In this document: in pieces, positions 39,241 to 52,831 of the stretch
Layout: each line of letters begins with the position of its first letter
Position numbering within the stretch: position 1 is the stretch's first letter
DNA from: Lytechinus pictus
Lineage: Eukaryota
Assembly: GCF_037042905.1 (NCBI RefSeq)
Contig: NC_087263.1
Span: 9,860,001-9,924,000 of the forward strand
Direction of reading: 5' to 3'
DNA length: 64,000 nucleotides
Program-made: the position numbers and the translations under genes
The notes under the pieces: model-generated
Told to the model about the DNA's origin: nothing
The model's input: the letters and a program-made list of their open reading frames with translations, nothing else
The model's database searches: none

Positions 39241-41754
39241 AATCGTTAACATTATTCGGCTTTTTTGTTTTGCTTTGTTTCATTTAGTCTCCTTTGTTTT
39301 ATTCATCACTTTATTTTATTCAATCAATTTTTAAAACCGACACTCCAAATAAATGGATGAATACTTTTCTAAAACCAGACAACTTTTTTTATAAACAGTC
39401 CTGTATGTTAAAGGTAAATTGTGACATTGGTTTATTTCAAAACCTTCTTTTAGATTTCACTCTTCGCTTTTCAAAATACTCATAAACAAGTTCTGAGTCC
39501 ATAAAATGTATTGCATTGGCCAAAAGAACTGTTTTTATTCTCAAAAAAATATATAAAGAAGATAAATTTTGCCAAGTGAGCTTTCTTTTGATGCAGATTT
39601 TGAAATTGATATAAAAAATGAAGAGCGCCACCTTGAGACCAAATGACATCAATACCTGCTCATGAATATTCATATCCATCGCCTCTGCGCTTGTCTCACG
39701 TGCCGATCTGTATACCGGCTATACAGTACAGTATCGGATTGAACGGCGGAGTCTGTTTGCGACTTTTTCATTCATATCCTGTAGGAGCGTGTGCATTCGC
39801 GCAGTCCCTCGATAAATTAAATAACTTGGAAACAACCAAGGAACTTTTTTAAATGACCATCATAATAATTGTGATGTTATGCACGTTGTTTTTCAAATCG
39901 CGGAGAATAGGTCCTACGTACATCTTGATATCTGGGCAGAGTACCAGGTACCGAGAGACGGCTTCCTTCCCTTTCCTTGCTTTTCATCTTTGCTTCGTTT
40001 CTCTAGCTGTATTTTTTTTTCTTTACTTGTCCAGGGTATGAGAGGAGGGAGAATTATGGTTGCTTGTGAAAGGGCTATTCTTATTTTTTTCCCCGTTTTT
40101 TATTTCTATTTTATAATTATATTTACATACGCATTTTTGTTTCGATTCCGATTCACTGAATTGTTATCAATTTCTTCAGGTTCTGTATTTTGATTTGTTC
40201 ATTATTATAACGTGTTGTAACATTTTTTTTTAAAGGAAAAGGAAATCATTTTGTATTGAACTAGCTTTGCCGCCATTCTTCATTATTTTGCTTTGTGCGT
40301 TATATAGGCCTATAAGATGCTCTTTCTCTTCCAGTGATCATTTGTCAATATACTGCCTCAATGTATTTATCACTAAAAAATGACAAATACCGCGTGGCCT
40401 ATGCCTTTTTTTTTAAACAATATATTCTGGGGCGGATCCAGCTTTTACTAATAACGGGGCCGGGGTGAACAATATTTTCATCCACATTTTTCCCGATCGA
40501 TCGGCAGCTCAAAGCTAGTTTTTGTTGGAATCTATAGTCGTAACAGTACTAAACCCTATAAAAAATGCGAGCGTGAGGTATTATTTTCGGACTGTGTATT
40601 GTGTCCTGAAAATTGATCTGAGCAATATGATCATTAAACAAGATGCACACTGACGGATAAGGTGCTCAAAAATTGTAATAAGTAAAGGCCTATTTAGTTC
40701 CCTTGTTCGTTTTACTATAAGCCCTTCAACAATGTTTCCGTGTTTTGTATTACATTGATCAGTTAATATTTCTTTATGTCTCATACTATTTCGATATGAA
40801 TTATACCTTGTCATTGTACTTGTTACTATGATTTTATATACTAATAACTCTGAACTTGTGAACCTGTTTAACCATGACTGAATGAATAAATCAATAAATG
40901 AATTGGTATAGATGAATAGATGTTCCATCGAACAGGCAATGCGAACACAAAGCGCGGGCTAAATTGTTTTTATACATGTGTAGTGACATGATTGGCTCCC
41001 ACCCCTCCCCAAGTCTGAATTCCCCTCACCTTTTTTTATTCATTCTTCCTCTTATATTTTGCCCCCCCCCCTCTGCTTTCGTTCATATTACTTTGCGCCG
41101 CCAATATCGGGGGGGGGGGGGGGCGTAACGTCGGCCTCCTGGATCCGCCTATGATACCGGTGCGTAGGTCTGTATGTTATAACCATGTAACATCGATCCC
41201 CCTCCAAGTTTCTCTTTGCATTTTTCTTTTCAACTTGTTATGGTAGTATACTGAACAAGAACAAGTATGACGTCTCCTAGGTGCCTCTCCCTCCACCCAC
41301 TCCTCCTCGGTCCGCTGCATGTGCTCGGATAATAAAATTACGTACTTATCATGGTGATATATATATAATAAAATTGCAAATTTTATTGCAAAAACTGCAT
41401 TACTCGTGAATTTGTGTTTCGCATTTCTGATGTCTTATTAAATATATATATATATATTCGAGGACATACAGCTAGGCGGAACTATTTGGGGGAAGGGGTC
41501 TTCCATCTCTGTGTGATTCCGAAGTTCCGATGATGGTTCAGAGAATGTACTTCATGCAAAATCACGTTTTGGCATGACCTCTCAGCGCTGGGCATATCGA
41601 CGGACAAAAAAATGCAAAAATGTGATGGATCGAAATGGTAAAAAATATATATTTTAAAGAAAACCATCGTTATAAAATGCAGTCATACCAACATATTTTT
41701 GTTAATACCAGTTTGAGCTTAGATAAAAATTATAACCCGAGGCTATATTAGCAG

Positions 41755-42749
41755 CAGGGGCGGCGGAACCGGGGGGCGGCAGGGGCACTTAACCCCCTAC
41801 ATAAAAAAATCCCAGTAGGAAAAAATGCCTTTTTTAAATGGAGAGTGCACTTATTTCAAAATGATGTACATGAATGTCCCTTTTCAAAATAAAATACCCT
41901 TTTTGAAGTCAAACGATACATTTTAGGTTGGAAATCACACAATTTTTGGCTCGCGCTTCGCGCCCACATCATTTATTTTTTAGGAAGGCACTCACTTTGT
42001 TTTGGTTACAACTTGTGCTTATAATGTTCAATTTTCAGGTTTAAATGTCACAAATCTTCAGCTCGCGCTTTCCGCTCGCATCAAAGGTACACATTATGTT
42101 CTTGGTTTCAAACTGCTTAGAATATCCAGTTTTCAGGTTGAAATATTACAAATTTTCGGCTCGCCGCGCTTCGCATCAATTATTATTTATTAAGACACAC
42201 AATTAAGTTCTTGGGTTAAAAAAGTGCTTAGAATGTCCAGTTTTCTGGTTGGAATATCGCGCTCGCGTCCATTCTTCAATTAGATGCACATCTTTTTCAT
42301 AACAAAATTGCTCGGAATGTTTGATTTTCATGTCTTATTAGTCATGTTAGTACAAGCAATGTCTAGAATTTATAGCTCGCGATTTGCGCTCTTAACACCT
42401 CGCAAGAATGCTCTTTTAACAATAATTTGCGCGATTTGACCAAAAAGCGGCGAGTTTCACAACTTCAGATTTGAAAATGTTCAAACTGCTTGCTTGCTAC
42501 GCTCGCTCCCGGAAAAATAAAGCCTAAATAGATATTTTATCAATCAGAAAAGACTTTAAAAAGGTTTTGCTCAATTTAATTACTACAAAACGCACAACTA
42601 CTTAACACAGATGATAATCTCATGGTGAAAATATAAGTTTGCATAAAAAATGCAATTTTTTGCATATAAGTGCCTTTTTTCGCTTTGTCCCCCCCCCCCA
42701 AAAAAAAAAAAAAAAAAAAAAAAATTGGAAATACGTTCCGTCGCCTATG
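41755..42749. mobile_element. hAT-like non-autonomous element with internal GCTCGCGCTTCGCGCTCGC repeats
   Basis: CAGGGGCGGCGGAAC...GTTCCGTCGCCTATG ends; motif variants at ~41949, 42061, 42159, 42260 and 42375. Confidence 0.65.
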
Positions 42750-43005
42750 ATTCCGTCACCTATGGCACTCGCTGGTATTTGAATATATCATCATTTACAC
42801 CCTCTCAAAGAAAGCAGACTTACTTTTGCCCTTTATTTTGCCCACAATGGAACTTACAGGAAAGCATATCAAACAGGACGTTATTATACGCTTTGGAGTT
42901 TGGATTCTTGTTTGCCTAGAAAACGTAAAGTATTTCAAGAGTTTTTATATTTTCATTACATCTTTGTCCTTATTTCTCTATATCCGTAGCTCTACCATGC
43001 GCGTA

Positions 43006-44342
43006 TTCGGGGGCGCCAAAATAGGGAGAAAAGGGAAGGAAAGAAAAGGGGTTGACGAATTGCTGTTTGACATGGGAGGGGGGGGGGGGGTGGATGCGCC
43101 GAATTGATGTTCAACCTAGAGTATGTATATAGCGGGTGCCGAATTTATGTTTTGCTTAGGGGCGCCGAATTGATGTTCGACCTAGGATGTGCCAAATTGA
43201 TCTTCATCCTAGGGGGGGGGGGGCGAATTAATGTTTTACCTCGGGGCGCCGTATAGATGTTCAACATAGGGGCACCGAAGGGCACCGAAATGATGTTTAA
43301 CCTTGGGGATGGGGCGCCGAATAATTTTTTTCTATATACGGTTGTCGAGTTGCTGTTTGACATATAGGGGCGCCGAATTGATGTTCAACCTAGGGGGTGC
43401 CGAATGGATATTCACCACACGCCAATTTGATATTTGTCTCGGTGCATCAAATTCAGGTTCAATTTACCTAGGGAGGGGAGGGGTAGCCAAACTCATGTTT
43501 GCTCCCATCAATTACCAATCATGTTCATGATTACCAAAAGTGCCTAGAAAGTCCTAATTTTAGATCAGAATATAAAAACAAATTCATCCTACTCTTCGCA
43601 TTAATTGTTTAGTAAGGTGGCGATCCTGTTCATGGTAAGATAAGTGCTTAGAATGTCTGACTTTGTATCAAAATATATAGATTTTTATTCAGCTCGCGCT
43701 TCGCGCTCGCATAAACTGTTTTGTTACTGATCATCCTTTTCATGATAACCGAAAATGCTTACTCAAATGTCCAAATTTTAGGTAAGAATATGAAAAAAAT
43801 TTCATCTCGCTCTTTGCGGACGCATCAATGTTTAGTTAGATGACAATCCTGTTCATGATTACCAAAAGTGCTTAGAATGTCCACATTTTAGGTCAAAATA
43901 TCAATCACTTTTTAAGCTCGCGCTTCGCACTCGCACAAATTTACGAGGTCAGAATATCAAAAAATTTGAACTCGCGCTTAGCGCTCGCATTAATTATTTA
44001 GCTATATACTCATCCTGTTCATGGTTATAAAAAGTGCTTATGATGTCCAGTGTTGGATTGGGAATTCAAAAATTGTCAGTTCGCACTTCGTGATCGCATA
44101 AAATGTTGATAGATACTCATCCTGTTCTTGATTGCCAAAAGTGCTCATAGATTTTTTTCCCCTCAAATTTTAGGTCAGAATATAAAAAAAATTCAGCTCA
44201 CGTTTCGCGCTCGTATCAATAATAATTGTTTAAATAATTCATATACATATCATGTTCACGGTTGCAAAAAGCGTGTAATGTTTGATCGGAAAACAGATGA
44301 AAATATCCCCCTCCCCTATTGGCGAAAGCTGGATCTAGCCCC
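43006..44342. repeat. Modular repeat: GGGGCGCCGAATTGATGTTCAACCTA array, then ~80-90-bp units carrying GCTCGCGCTTCGCGCTCGC
   Basis: First array at 43006-43500, second at 43560-44280; the same modules occur reverse-complemented at ~53940-55290. Confidence 0.7.
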
Positions 44343-44767
44343 GGTTAAGAAATTACAGCTCCCGCACATAATTTTAGTATGGTCTACCACTCTGATGAAA
44401 AGTTGAACTAAATTGAAACCCCAAAACGCTTAAAAATTCTATGCTTTCTGGTCGCATTTATTCTTTTCAAGAAGTGGATACAACTTTGATCTTTTTTTAC
44501 ATGGACACACTATGGACACATTAAAAAAATGGTCTTCGATTGCCTTTTTCACGTGGTTGTGGAATAAGACAATTCAAAATGCATTTAGGCACTTTGATTG
44601 CCTGAGTGGTCGGGTCGGGGTGCAATTTTCCGAAAAGTTCACAGGGGCGCAAAAATAGTGACCCCCTCGTGGTGCAAAATCCTGGATATGCGCATGTCCG
44701 TCGGGCATCGTTTCCACTTTTGTACCTCTTTATCTATACCGGTGTGATACTATATAAGTCCATGGAT

Positions 44768-45080
44768 CAGTTTACTTCCATTTCGTCTGATGCCAAATCG
44801 TCAAATTGCCAACTCGCCTACTATCATTAAAGTCTACCATAATTATGTTCATCCACTATCGTCTAGTAACCAGTTGGTCCAATAGCCATTCAGTCCATAT
44901 ACCATTTGGTCTAATTGGACAACGTGCTATTGTGCAAAATGAATGAAAATGAATTGGATACTGGACCAAATAGTTGTTCGACGAAATATTGATGGACGGA
45001 ATGGATATGGACTAAATTAAATCAGACCATGTGGTGAGTGCAAGTTGGCACTTGGCAGTCGACGACTTGGCAATTTACCA
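44768..45080. mobile_element. Compact palindromic MITE made of inverted ~20-bp units (ttggtctaat family)
   Basis: aattgccaactcgcctact...ttggtctaat on the left pairs with ttggac...agtcgacgacttggcaatt on the right. Confidence 0.65.
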
Positions 45081-46172
45081 ATGGACCTACTAGGCCACTA
45101 AATTGAACTTGTCCGAGTGTGCCATAACACCTAAACTGCAGGCTTTCTCATATCCGATACCCCCCCCCATCCCCGCCGCCCCAAGAAAGGGAAGGGGGAC
45201 ATGGAGGAGAGAGAAGAAATAAAGAAAGAAGTAGATTGTTGAAAGGGAATCAAAATAATATGAATCAAAGGGAATGTAAACGCAATATCATACTCTGTTT
45301 GAATCGCTTCTCTTTCATGGAATTTATATTTTGAATAGATCGTTTCATTTCAGTCTTTCTCATTATTTTACTTTCAACCCTGTATTTCATCAGCTTTACT
45401 ATCAAAAGCCTGCGTAGCGAATTACAAAACGTCCCATCCTTGTTTCACCACCCATGACATTACGTAATTATCATTTTATTATTATCATGTAATGAAATTC
45501 ATACTGTGTTTACACGCTGCATCTGCTGTCAGTTTGACTACCTTGTAAATATTTATTTACAAGGTAAAGCTTATTTCCAAGGTAATATTTATTTACAAGG
45601 TAAAGCCTATTTCCCCACTGGAAAATAGCTTTAGAGCTTTCGTGGGTCATCCTGTGTAAGCCTGTTGTTTTTAATGCTACTGTATATATATTATGGTGAC
45701 TTGCGAAATAAAATCAATCAATCAATATTTTTTGACGATATCCAGTTGAAATCAGTGGCGTTCAAAATAATGGGGAAGGATTGGGGCTATATGGATTCCC
45801 AAATTTGTCACGGCCAATACAAAAAGAAAGCGAGAAGGGGAACTAATATCTGAATATTATGTCAAAATCTATCACCGATAAAAAATGATTTGTGCCCGAC
45901 ACATATATCTGGCCCCTTAATTCATATATTTTACGTTTATTATTTACGCCAATAGTTCAAGCAAGGTTCCTAACATCTTTCTGTATTTTTCGATGTTTAC
46001 ACAATTCCTAGCCTTGGGTTGGGGGTTGTGTGTATTCCTTATGTTCGCATTTTTTAATGTTATTTTTCTATTTATTTCAATATTATCCTCTCCAACTTTA
46101 TTATGGTATGACTATTCAAGGAATTATAATTACTCGTTTGCTTGCATGCTCCATGACCGCTTTGCCTTCACT

Positions 46173-46716
46173 CCGCGGGGGGGGGGGGGGGGGGGCTCTT
46201 ACATTGACGAGTGGATACCATGCGCGACCCCAAAAACACGTAAAAAGGATGTCTTTTTGTCAAAAACACAAAAATATTAAAAAAAGGGTATCTATGTTGC
46301 TAGGAAAGCTACGTGTTTAGGGTAATATTTTCGGGGATGATGAAACAAAATTAAAATGTTTTATAAAGGATGTCCTTTTTGCCCCAACACTACGTGTTTA
46401 GAGTCCGACTTGCGCGAGTTGTGGAAGGTGCATGGGGCCGTACTAAACCAAAATAATGATGTGTAAAGGTAAAACCAACGACCGACGGACCCGACATAAC
46501 AATAAAATATCGCTGTACTTGTTTAGGGGTTCATTTCGGGAATACTTGCCAAGAGTATCGTTTTGTTTCCAATACTTGTTAAGGGTCGGTTTGAGACGCC
46601 AATACTTGTTAAGGGGTGCAGTTTGAGAATATGGAAAATACGTGTTTGGGTGCTTTTCGAGACCCCATGGTCGCGCATGGTATCCACTCGTCAATGGAAG
46701 TGCCCCCCCCCCCCGG
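46173..46716. mobile_element. MITE with CCG(G)n termini and 8-bp TSD; superfamily unassigned
   Basis: CATTGACGAGTGGATACCATGCGCGACC / GGTCGCGCATGGTATCCACTCGTCAATG; CCTTCACT at 46165-46172 and 46717-46724. Confidence 0.88.
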
Positions 46717-48808
46717 CCTTCACTTCTCTCAGTGCGTATTCAGAACTATTACTGTATTCTCATTGATCCCCCTGGAGTTGTAAAAAACCCATAAAGGCAA
46801 AATATTATATTTTCATCGGCAGCACATGTGCATTAATTACATCATCATAAATTAAGTACATCAGGGTCCATGATCAGAAAAAGCGTATACCCATTAAACC
46901 TCGCGAGATGGGGCTTGTCCCAAAATAACAATTTTATTTTTGTCTCGTTTCGAAATTTCATTTTTATTTTGGCTGCTATATGCTTCAAGCACATATTTGC
47001 TTACTGTATATAGTTTGCCTATGCATTTTACTCATTATATATATATTTTTTTATATATTGTATTTCTCCAGTCACTACATATACGATTGTCACTTGTATT
47101 ATGATCATGTCTCAAGCATTGTAAATTTGTTTTGTATATTATTCCAATAAATGCAAAAAAATCCTGCAAAAAAAGCCACATCACCACATAGTTGAACCAT
47201 TCCAACTATTTATACGATCAATACGATCGCCTCGACTGATCTGATACGATTAATTATTCCGCGATTATAATTAAGGCCCTTGGAACCGGGGGTGCAAAGC
47301 ACCCCCAAGATTTTACAATGGGGTGCGGCGTGCATTATTTTCCATGTAGGCAGCTCCCCCTGGAATTCTGGTATAGGTGTCGAATTGGATAAATGTAGGA
47401 AAATTACCAACATTTTGTATTGGAACCTTTTTTAATGTTTTTCTTTTGCTTTGTCAAATTTTCCTCAGCACCGCCACCAAAAAAAAAATCGTGACAGTGT
47501 GAACTTGGCACTTTTTTTTCAATCATAAAAAATGATTATATTATTTTCCCGCATGAGTTTTGAAATATTGACACGTACGCCAGAATCTCTTTGGTCCTAA
47601 TATGAAGCATAAATTTCCACGTCTATAAAACAACAGTTATCATTCGTTTTTCCTATAGTTATAGCAGGGAAATGGGAGTTACAATTCCATTGATAAATAA
47701 GTCTAAAATGTTATGCCAATCAAGATGCAAGTCCCGGATGCAAGTAATGTCTTTGTCCTGCTCATGTCGCAGTCATTCACATTTTTTCAACGGTTGAACT
47801 GCTCGTGCACACTCTGTATGCGTATAGGCCTTTCCCGGAGGCCTTTCTTCCTCTCATTTGTTGCTATAAAATTTCATCTTTTTATCAATTCTTTCTACTT
47901 GTTTACTGTCTATGAAGGGGTAGCAAGTTGATCTCCCATGGGGTGCCCCTATCTATTGCTGCATCATTTGTATCCATTTCTCTTTGACCATCCATTTCTT
48001 GGGAAAATACATCAATTGGATGATCCATTTATATATGCCTATCCATCCATTCTTTCAGTCATCCATCCACCGGTCGTGCTGATGGTTTGATTATAGCATG
48101 GACGTAATAGGTCCATGATTGTATAAAGTATAAAGCGCCCTACTATATCATTATAGGCTACCCCCACCCCCTCCCCATACTACATAAAAACTCGGCGACC
48201 CATGTACACATTTCAAAGCAGACGTAATGTACATGCACAATTCCCTTGTACATGTTGCACCTTGCTGCTTCTCCAGGTTTGCTTAGTCTTCTTTCACATA
48301 CGTTGTTGCACTTTGCCCCACGGCGCGGCGTGCCTTGTAAAGTTCTGTTGTAAGACTCTACATGCTGGTCGGCCCTGGAAATCACAACTCTGAAGCACGT
48401 GCACCGCGCAATACTCAACTTCTCATTTTTCCATATCTCGATGCAAGCTTTCTTGTGTGGATGCAAAAATAAGAGTTTTCCCAGAAATCTTGTCCCTGAC
48501 GTCATGTCTGCCCCCCCCTCATTTTTTGACTCATGACGCCTTTACTCTGCTTGTTCGACCTTGAGCCGTTGGTCCCCTGGTTGCTTGCTCACAGGCATTC
48601 GTGCTTTCTTAGCAGTCAGGTAAAAACCTCGGCAACAGAAATAACAGAAATTAGCAACTTGATGCGTACGTTTGTCACATTCATGCTATCACGGTCTACA
48701 CAATGTAGACTACACGTACGTACTTCGCATCAACAGGTTTCTCAGCTCACCTTTTGACCTCGCGAGTTCAATCTAAACAAACGAAGAGTAGTCTAGTGTT
48801 GCATTGGG

Positions 48809-48945
48809 ATTGTATCTTCGTTATGTTTTACTATAGGCCTATATTTAACCCCGCATTGGGGTTGCATATTCGTTATGTTTTACTATAGGCCTATATGATT
48901 GCATCTTCGTTATGTTTTACTATAGGCCTATATTTAACCCCGTAT
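48809..48945. repeat. Three-copy local tandem duplication (TTCGTTATGTTTTACTATAGGCCTATAT)
   Basis: Copies near 48817, 48869 and 48906. Confidence 0.85.
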
Positions 48946-50419
48946 TAAACAAACCCTGTTTTATATCGTAGAACCTGCTCTGAAAGTAATCGTTTTTCTC
49001 TTCGCCCTTTCCCTTCATGCTTGGCTGTAGACAGAATGGTGGTGGCCGTCTGTTTAGAGTTTTAAATATTTTTGGTCTAACTTTTTTTTCCAATTCCTCC
49101 TCTGTACTTTGCGAGTGGATCTAAATAATCTGAAACTGACTGAAACATTCAGGAAAGATAAAAAAACACCAAAATATCAAATTAGGGTATGTTGTATCCA
49201 TATCCCTTTATGATGGCTCTCCTGATTCTCTTTCACCAATCCACTTCTTTCTTTCTTCTCTCTCCTCCCTCCCCCTTTCATTTGGGGAGGGCCAGGGAGT
49301 CAGTATACAGAGTATAGAGTATACATACAGTGAGCTGCGCTATAGCGCCTCGCTGTAGTTCCCGTATATGTATCACGCCAAGCTATACATGAAGGGAAAG
49401 GTGCATAAAAGAGCTACAATCCACATGAATAAAGATCAAACTCGGAACTCGGCCCTTGCCCATCTCTGGGATTCTCGTATCTCTTTTAGTCTTGGAGTAC
49501 TTTCAGATTCATGACATAAGAGTCCGAAAGTAAGCCGTATTGGGCAATCCTTTGCTTCGTCATTCACGTCAGATAATCAACGTGTCTGAATCCTTTTTCA
49601 CGCGTACGATACATTTATGGATATAGCTCAATATAGTGTTCTTATCCTGTGTGTGCTATCGCAAATAGTGGATTATATCTGAAACTAATGCAGAGCGCAA
49701 GCATGTCGCTAGCCGCCTAGCATCGGCTCATTGAGCTTGCACGCACCGTTCGATGTTTGCTTTCTACTCAGCTACACACACAGAGTACTGCACTTTGTTG
49801 ATACGGGGATTTCTTGATACTGCGCATGCGCCATGACGTATTTCATCAATATGCATGAGTCGTAATGAATATGCATGATTCGAACGGTGTTCTAATATCA
49901 ATTTATTTTTTAACCCGAGAGGGCGTCAATAAGAAAGTTCAAACTTATATCGATTAACCGATATTTGTTATAATATATGTTTCACCCCTCAATATCATGA
50001 AAATATAAAAGTTATGCAAGTTTCTTTTCCGTGATAAAATAGAGCAATAATATAGGTATTTAATGAATGTAATAATTTCAAAATTGATTCATTGCCCTTG
50101 TCTGAGATCAACCAATCATACACTATACCTTTAAAGTTGTGTCTCTGAAATCCAGATGAAGAAAAAAATGATAGGTGAGGTAAATGATACAAAAATGGCC
50201 GTAAAAGGGAAGGAAAATGAAATAGAAGCGCCGAGTTCATCTAGAGCATAGAGAAAAGGCGTAGAAAAAAATCACGAAGAAAAAAGAAGCGAAATTATTT
50301 AGGAATAAGATGTTAACATAATTAAAGAGAACAGAGAAGGAGAGAGAGAGAGAGAGAGAGGGGTGGGGGGGGGGGGTCAAGAGGAACGATAGGCGAAATT
50401 AAAGAAAAAAGGACATTAT

Positions 50420-51130
50420 TTATGTGAATCGAAATTAATTTGGAATTGTATACCAGAAAATTGGAAAAACATTGTGGTTAAAGATAAATATTGCTCAAAT
50501 TATTCAATTGTTAGCTACTTTCAATTGAAGGACCGTGATCATGTTTTACATATAAAACAAAGTAAACATATTTAAATTACACTTTCTAAAAGATTATACA
50601 ATTTTCTTGTGGATAAAAAGTTTATTACCCCAAATGTTGAACAATATTGGTCACTTTATTTCAAAGAAAATTTGATTTGGAACAATATCTGGAAAGGAAA
50701 AGTTGCTTTCATTGAAGGATTTCGTTTAGCTCAATTCAACTTTAAATTTGTGTATAAACTTTTGATGTCATATGAATATTTGTTTCGATTTAAATTGGCA
50801 GAATCCATACTTTGTTTTAAATGTAAAACTATTAACAACTATCACTTATTTCATAATTGCCATTATTCTAGACTCTTTTGGTTAAAATTCAGTATTTTTC
50901 TGCTACCATTAATCTGAATATTAAAAAATGTTAATATAAGTTATAAAGACATTGTGATAGGTAGACACGGTGGTAATGGACCCAACATTATATCTTTCTT
51001 TAATGTATTAATCAATTTAGCTTCTCATACAATGTTTCAACAAAAAAGAAAGTCAAATTTTATAGAAATATTTGAAATATTCTTAGAAGAAATAAAATGG
51101 AAAGCAAATATCAAAAAAGTATTTTTTTTT
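50420..51130 (+). mobile_element. Decayed 3' end of an L1/Tx1-type LINE ORF2 (C-terminal CCHC region)
   Basis: ORF 50609-50917: WNNIWK...FNFKFVYKLL...CFKCKTINNYHLFHNCHYSRLFW. Confidence 0.65.
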
Positions 51131-51422
51131 TGAAAAATCGCTCAAAAAATATCAAATAGTCAATTTAGGCCTTATGTTTGCTTACTATTGAACATGCATC
51201 TAATATTCGTTCTTGCTATATTTATATAATGTTGTAAATTTCTTATGTTGAATTTAAATGTATATTATGCTGTTTTTTGGTCAACTTACGGCCGGGACGC
51301 GCTTCCCGTGCTCACTACTGCCACCTAAACTGAAATCCTAGCTACATGTATGCCACTAATTCTAGACGGAATTACTCGAAAATATTTGGCTCTGCCCCCC
51401 CCCCTCTGAAAACAGGCACCTG

Positions 51423-52620
51423 CAGTGGCGTACCGTGGGTCACCAGCCGTGGGTCACCAGCAACATATTTTAGTCACTTAGTGAGCGCGCGAAGCGCGCT
51501 CAGATGCTAAGTATACTGACCTAATAGAGACATCTTAAGGACAGTGCCAATAAACGAATATGTATGTCACTGATCAAATAATGCGAGCGCGAAGCGAGAG
51601 CTGAACATTTTTTTATAAGCAAATTTTTGTAATCATGATACATAACTGTCTCGCTAAACAAATTTTTTTTTATATATTGAGTTGCTAAGTATACTGACCT
51701 AATAGAGACATCTTAAGGACAGTGCCAATAAACGAATATGTATGTCACTGATCAAATAATGCGAGCGCGAAGCGAGAGCTGAAAATTTTTTTATAAGCAA
51801 ATTTTTGTAATCATGATACATAACTGTCTCGCTAAACAATTTTTTTTTTATATATTGACCCCAAATAGGGACATTTTAAGGACTATATTTTAAGAATCCA
51901 TTAAGAGTATATACATCTCGATTACCAAGGTCATCTAATGCGAGTGCCAAGTGCTTGCTGATTTTGTTAGAATTACATCTAAACACATAAAGCACTTGTA
52001 GTCATAGTAAGCATGATTAACATACGCATCTCACTATTCAAATATTGCGAGCGCGAAGCGCGGGCTGAAAATTTAGGAAATTCAGATCTGAAGAGAGGGC
52101 ATTCTAAGGCTTGTTTGTAGGAATTCATTTAGACCATACGTATTCCACTAACCAAATGATGCGAGCACGAAGCGCGAGCTGAAAATTTTTGATATTCAGA
52201 TTAGAAAAAAGGATATTTTTAAGGCCTGATTTTAGGAATTCATGAAGAGCAGACGTATATCAACAATCCACTTATGCGAACGTAAGCACGGACAGGAAAT
52301 GGTTTATGTTAAGACCTTAAAATTGGGCAATCACTCTAAGTAGTCATGAAAAAAGCACCAGGATCACCAGGCACAATGGTGCGAGCACCAGCAGGAACTA
52401 TGAAGACATAGGCCCTGAGCAAATTATGTTTTATAAAGTTATGAAAAAACGTTTTTATGTAACATTACATAATTATAATTATTACTATAATGAACAATAA
52501 TTTCTTCTTTCCCTCTACATTTCTCTTCCTTTCTCCATTTTCTCCTTATCCCCGTTTTTTAAGCCAGCCTATGGGGGGGGGGGGGCACGTGCCCACCATG
52601 CCCCCGTAGTTACGCCACTG
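51423..52620. mobile_element. hAT-type non-autonomous element with 8-bp TSD, an internal 178-bp tandem duplication and GCGAGCGCGAAGCGCGAGC units
   Basis: CAGTGGCGTA...TACGCCACTG; GGCACCTG / AGCACCTG flanks; near-identical blocks start at ~51506 and ~51684. Confidence 0.88.
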
Positions 52621-52694
52621 AGCACCTGTTACGCCGCTGCAACGAGGCGCCTTAAACCACTCGACCGCGGCAACGAATGAAGGGTAAAAAGTCA

Positions 52695-52791
52695 GTCTCG
52701 CGGACCTTCGGCCTCGCGGGCCTTCGTTCTCGCGGACCCTCGGACTCGCGGACCCTCGGTCTCGCGGACCTTCGGTCTAGCGGGCTGTCAC
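52695..52791. repeat. 16-bp GC-rich tandem array (CTCGCGGACCTTCGGT); probable orphan transposon terminus
   Basis: About 5-6 units ending in CGGGCTGTCAC; no inverted partner seen. Confidence 0.75.
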
Positions 52792-52803
52792 TTTGCGGCG
52801 TTG

Positions 52804-52831
52804 CACAGTGGGCCGAGGCGAAACAAAAGTG
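52804..52831 (+). other. RSS-like motif / candidate Transib- or RAG-like transposon left end
   Basis: CACAGTG + 12 nt (GGCCGAGGCGAA) + ACAAAAGTG; matching right end not found. Confidence 0.45.

Noticed and set aside
38661..39287. Poly-Ser/Val/Thr/Leu ORFs
   Set aside because: Microsatellite translations
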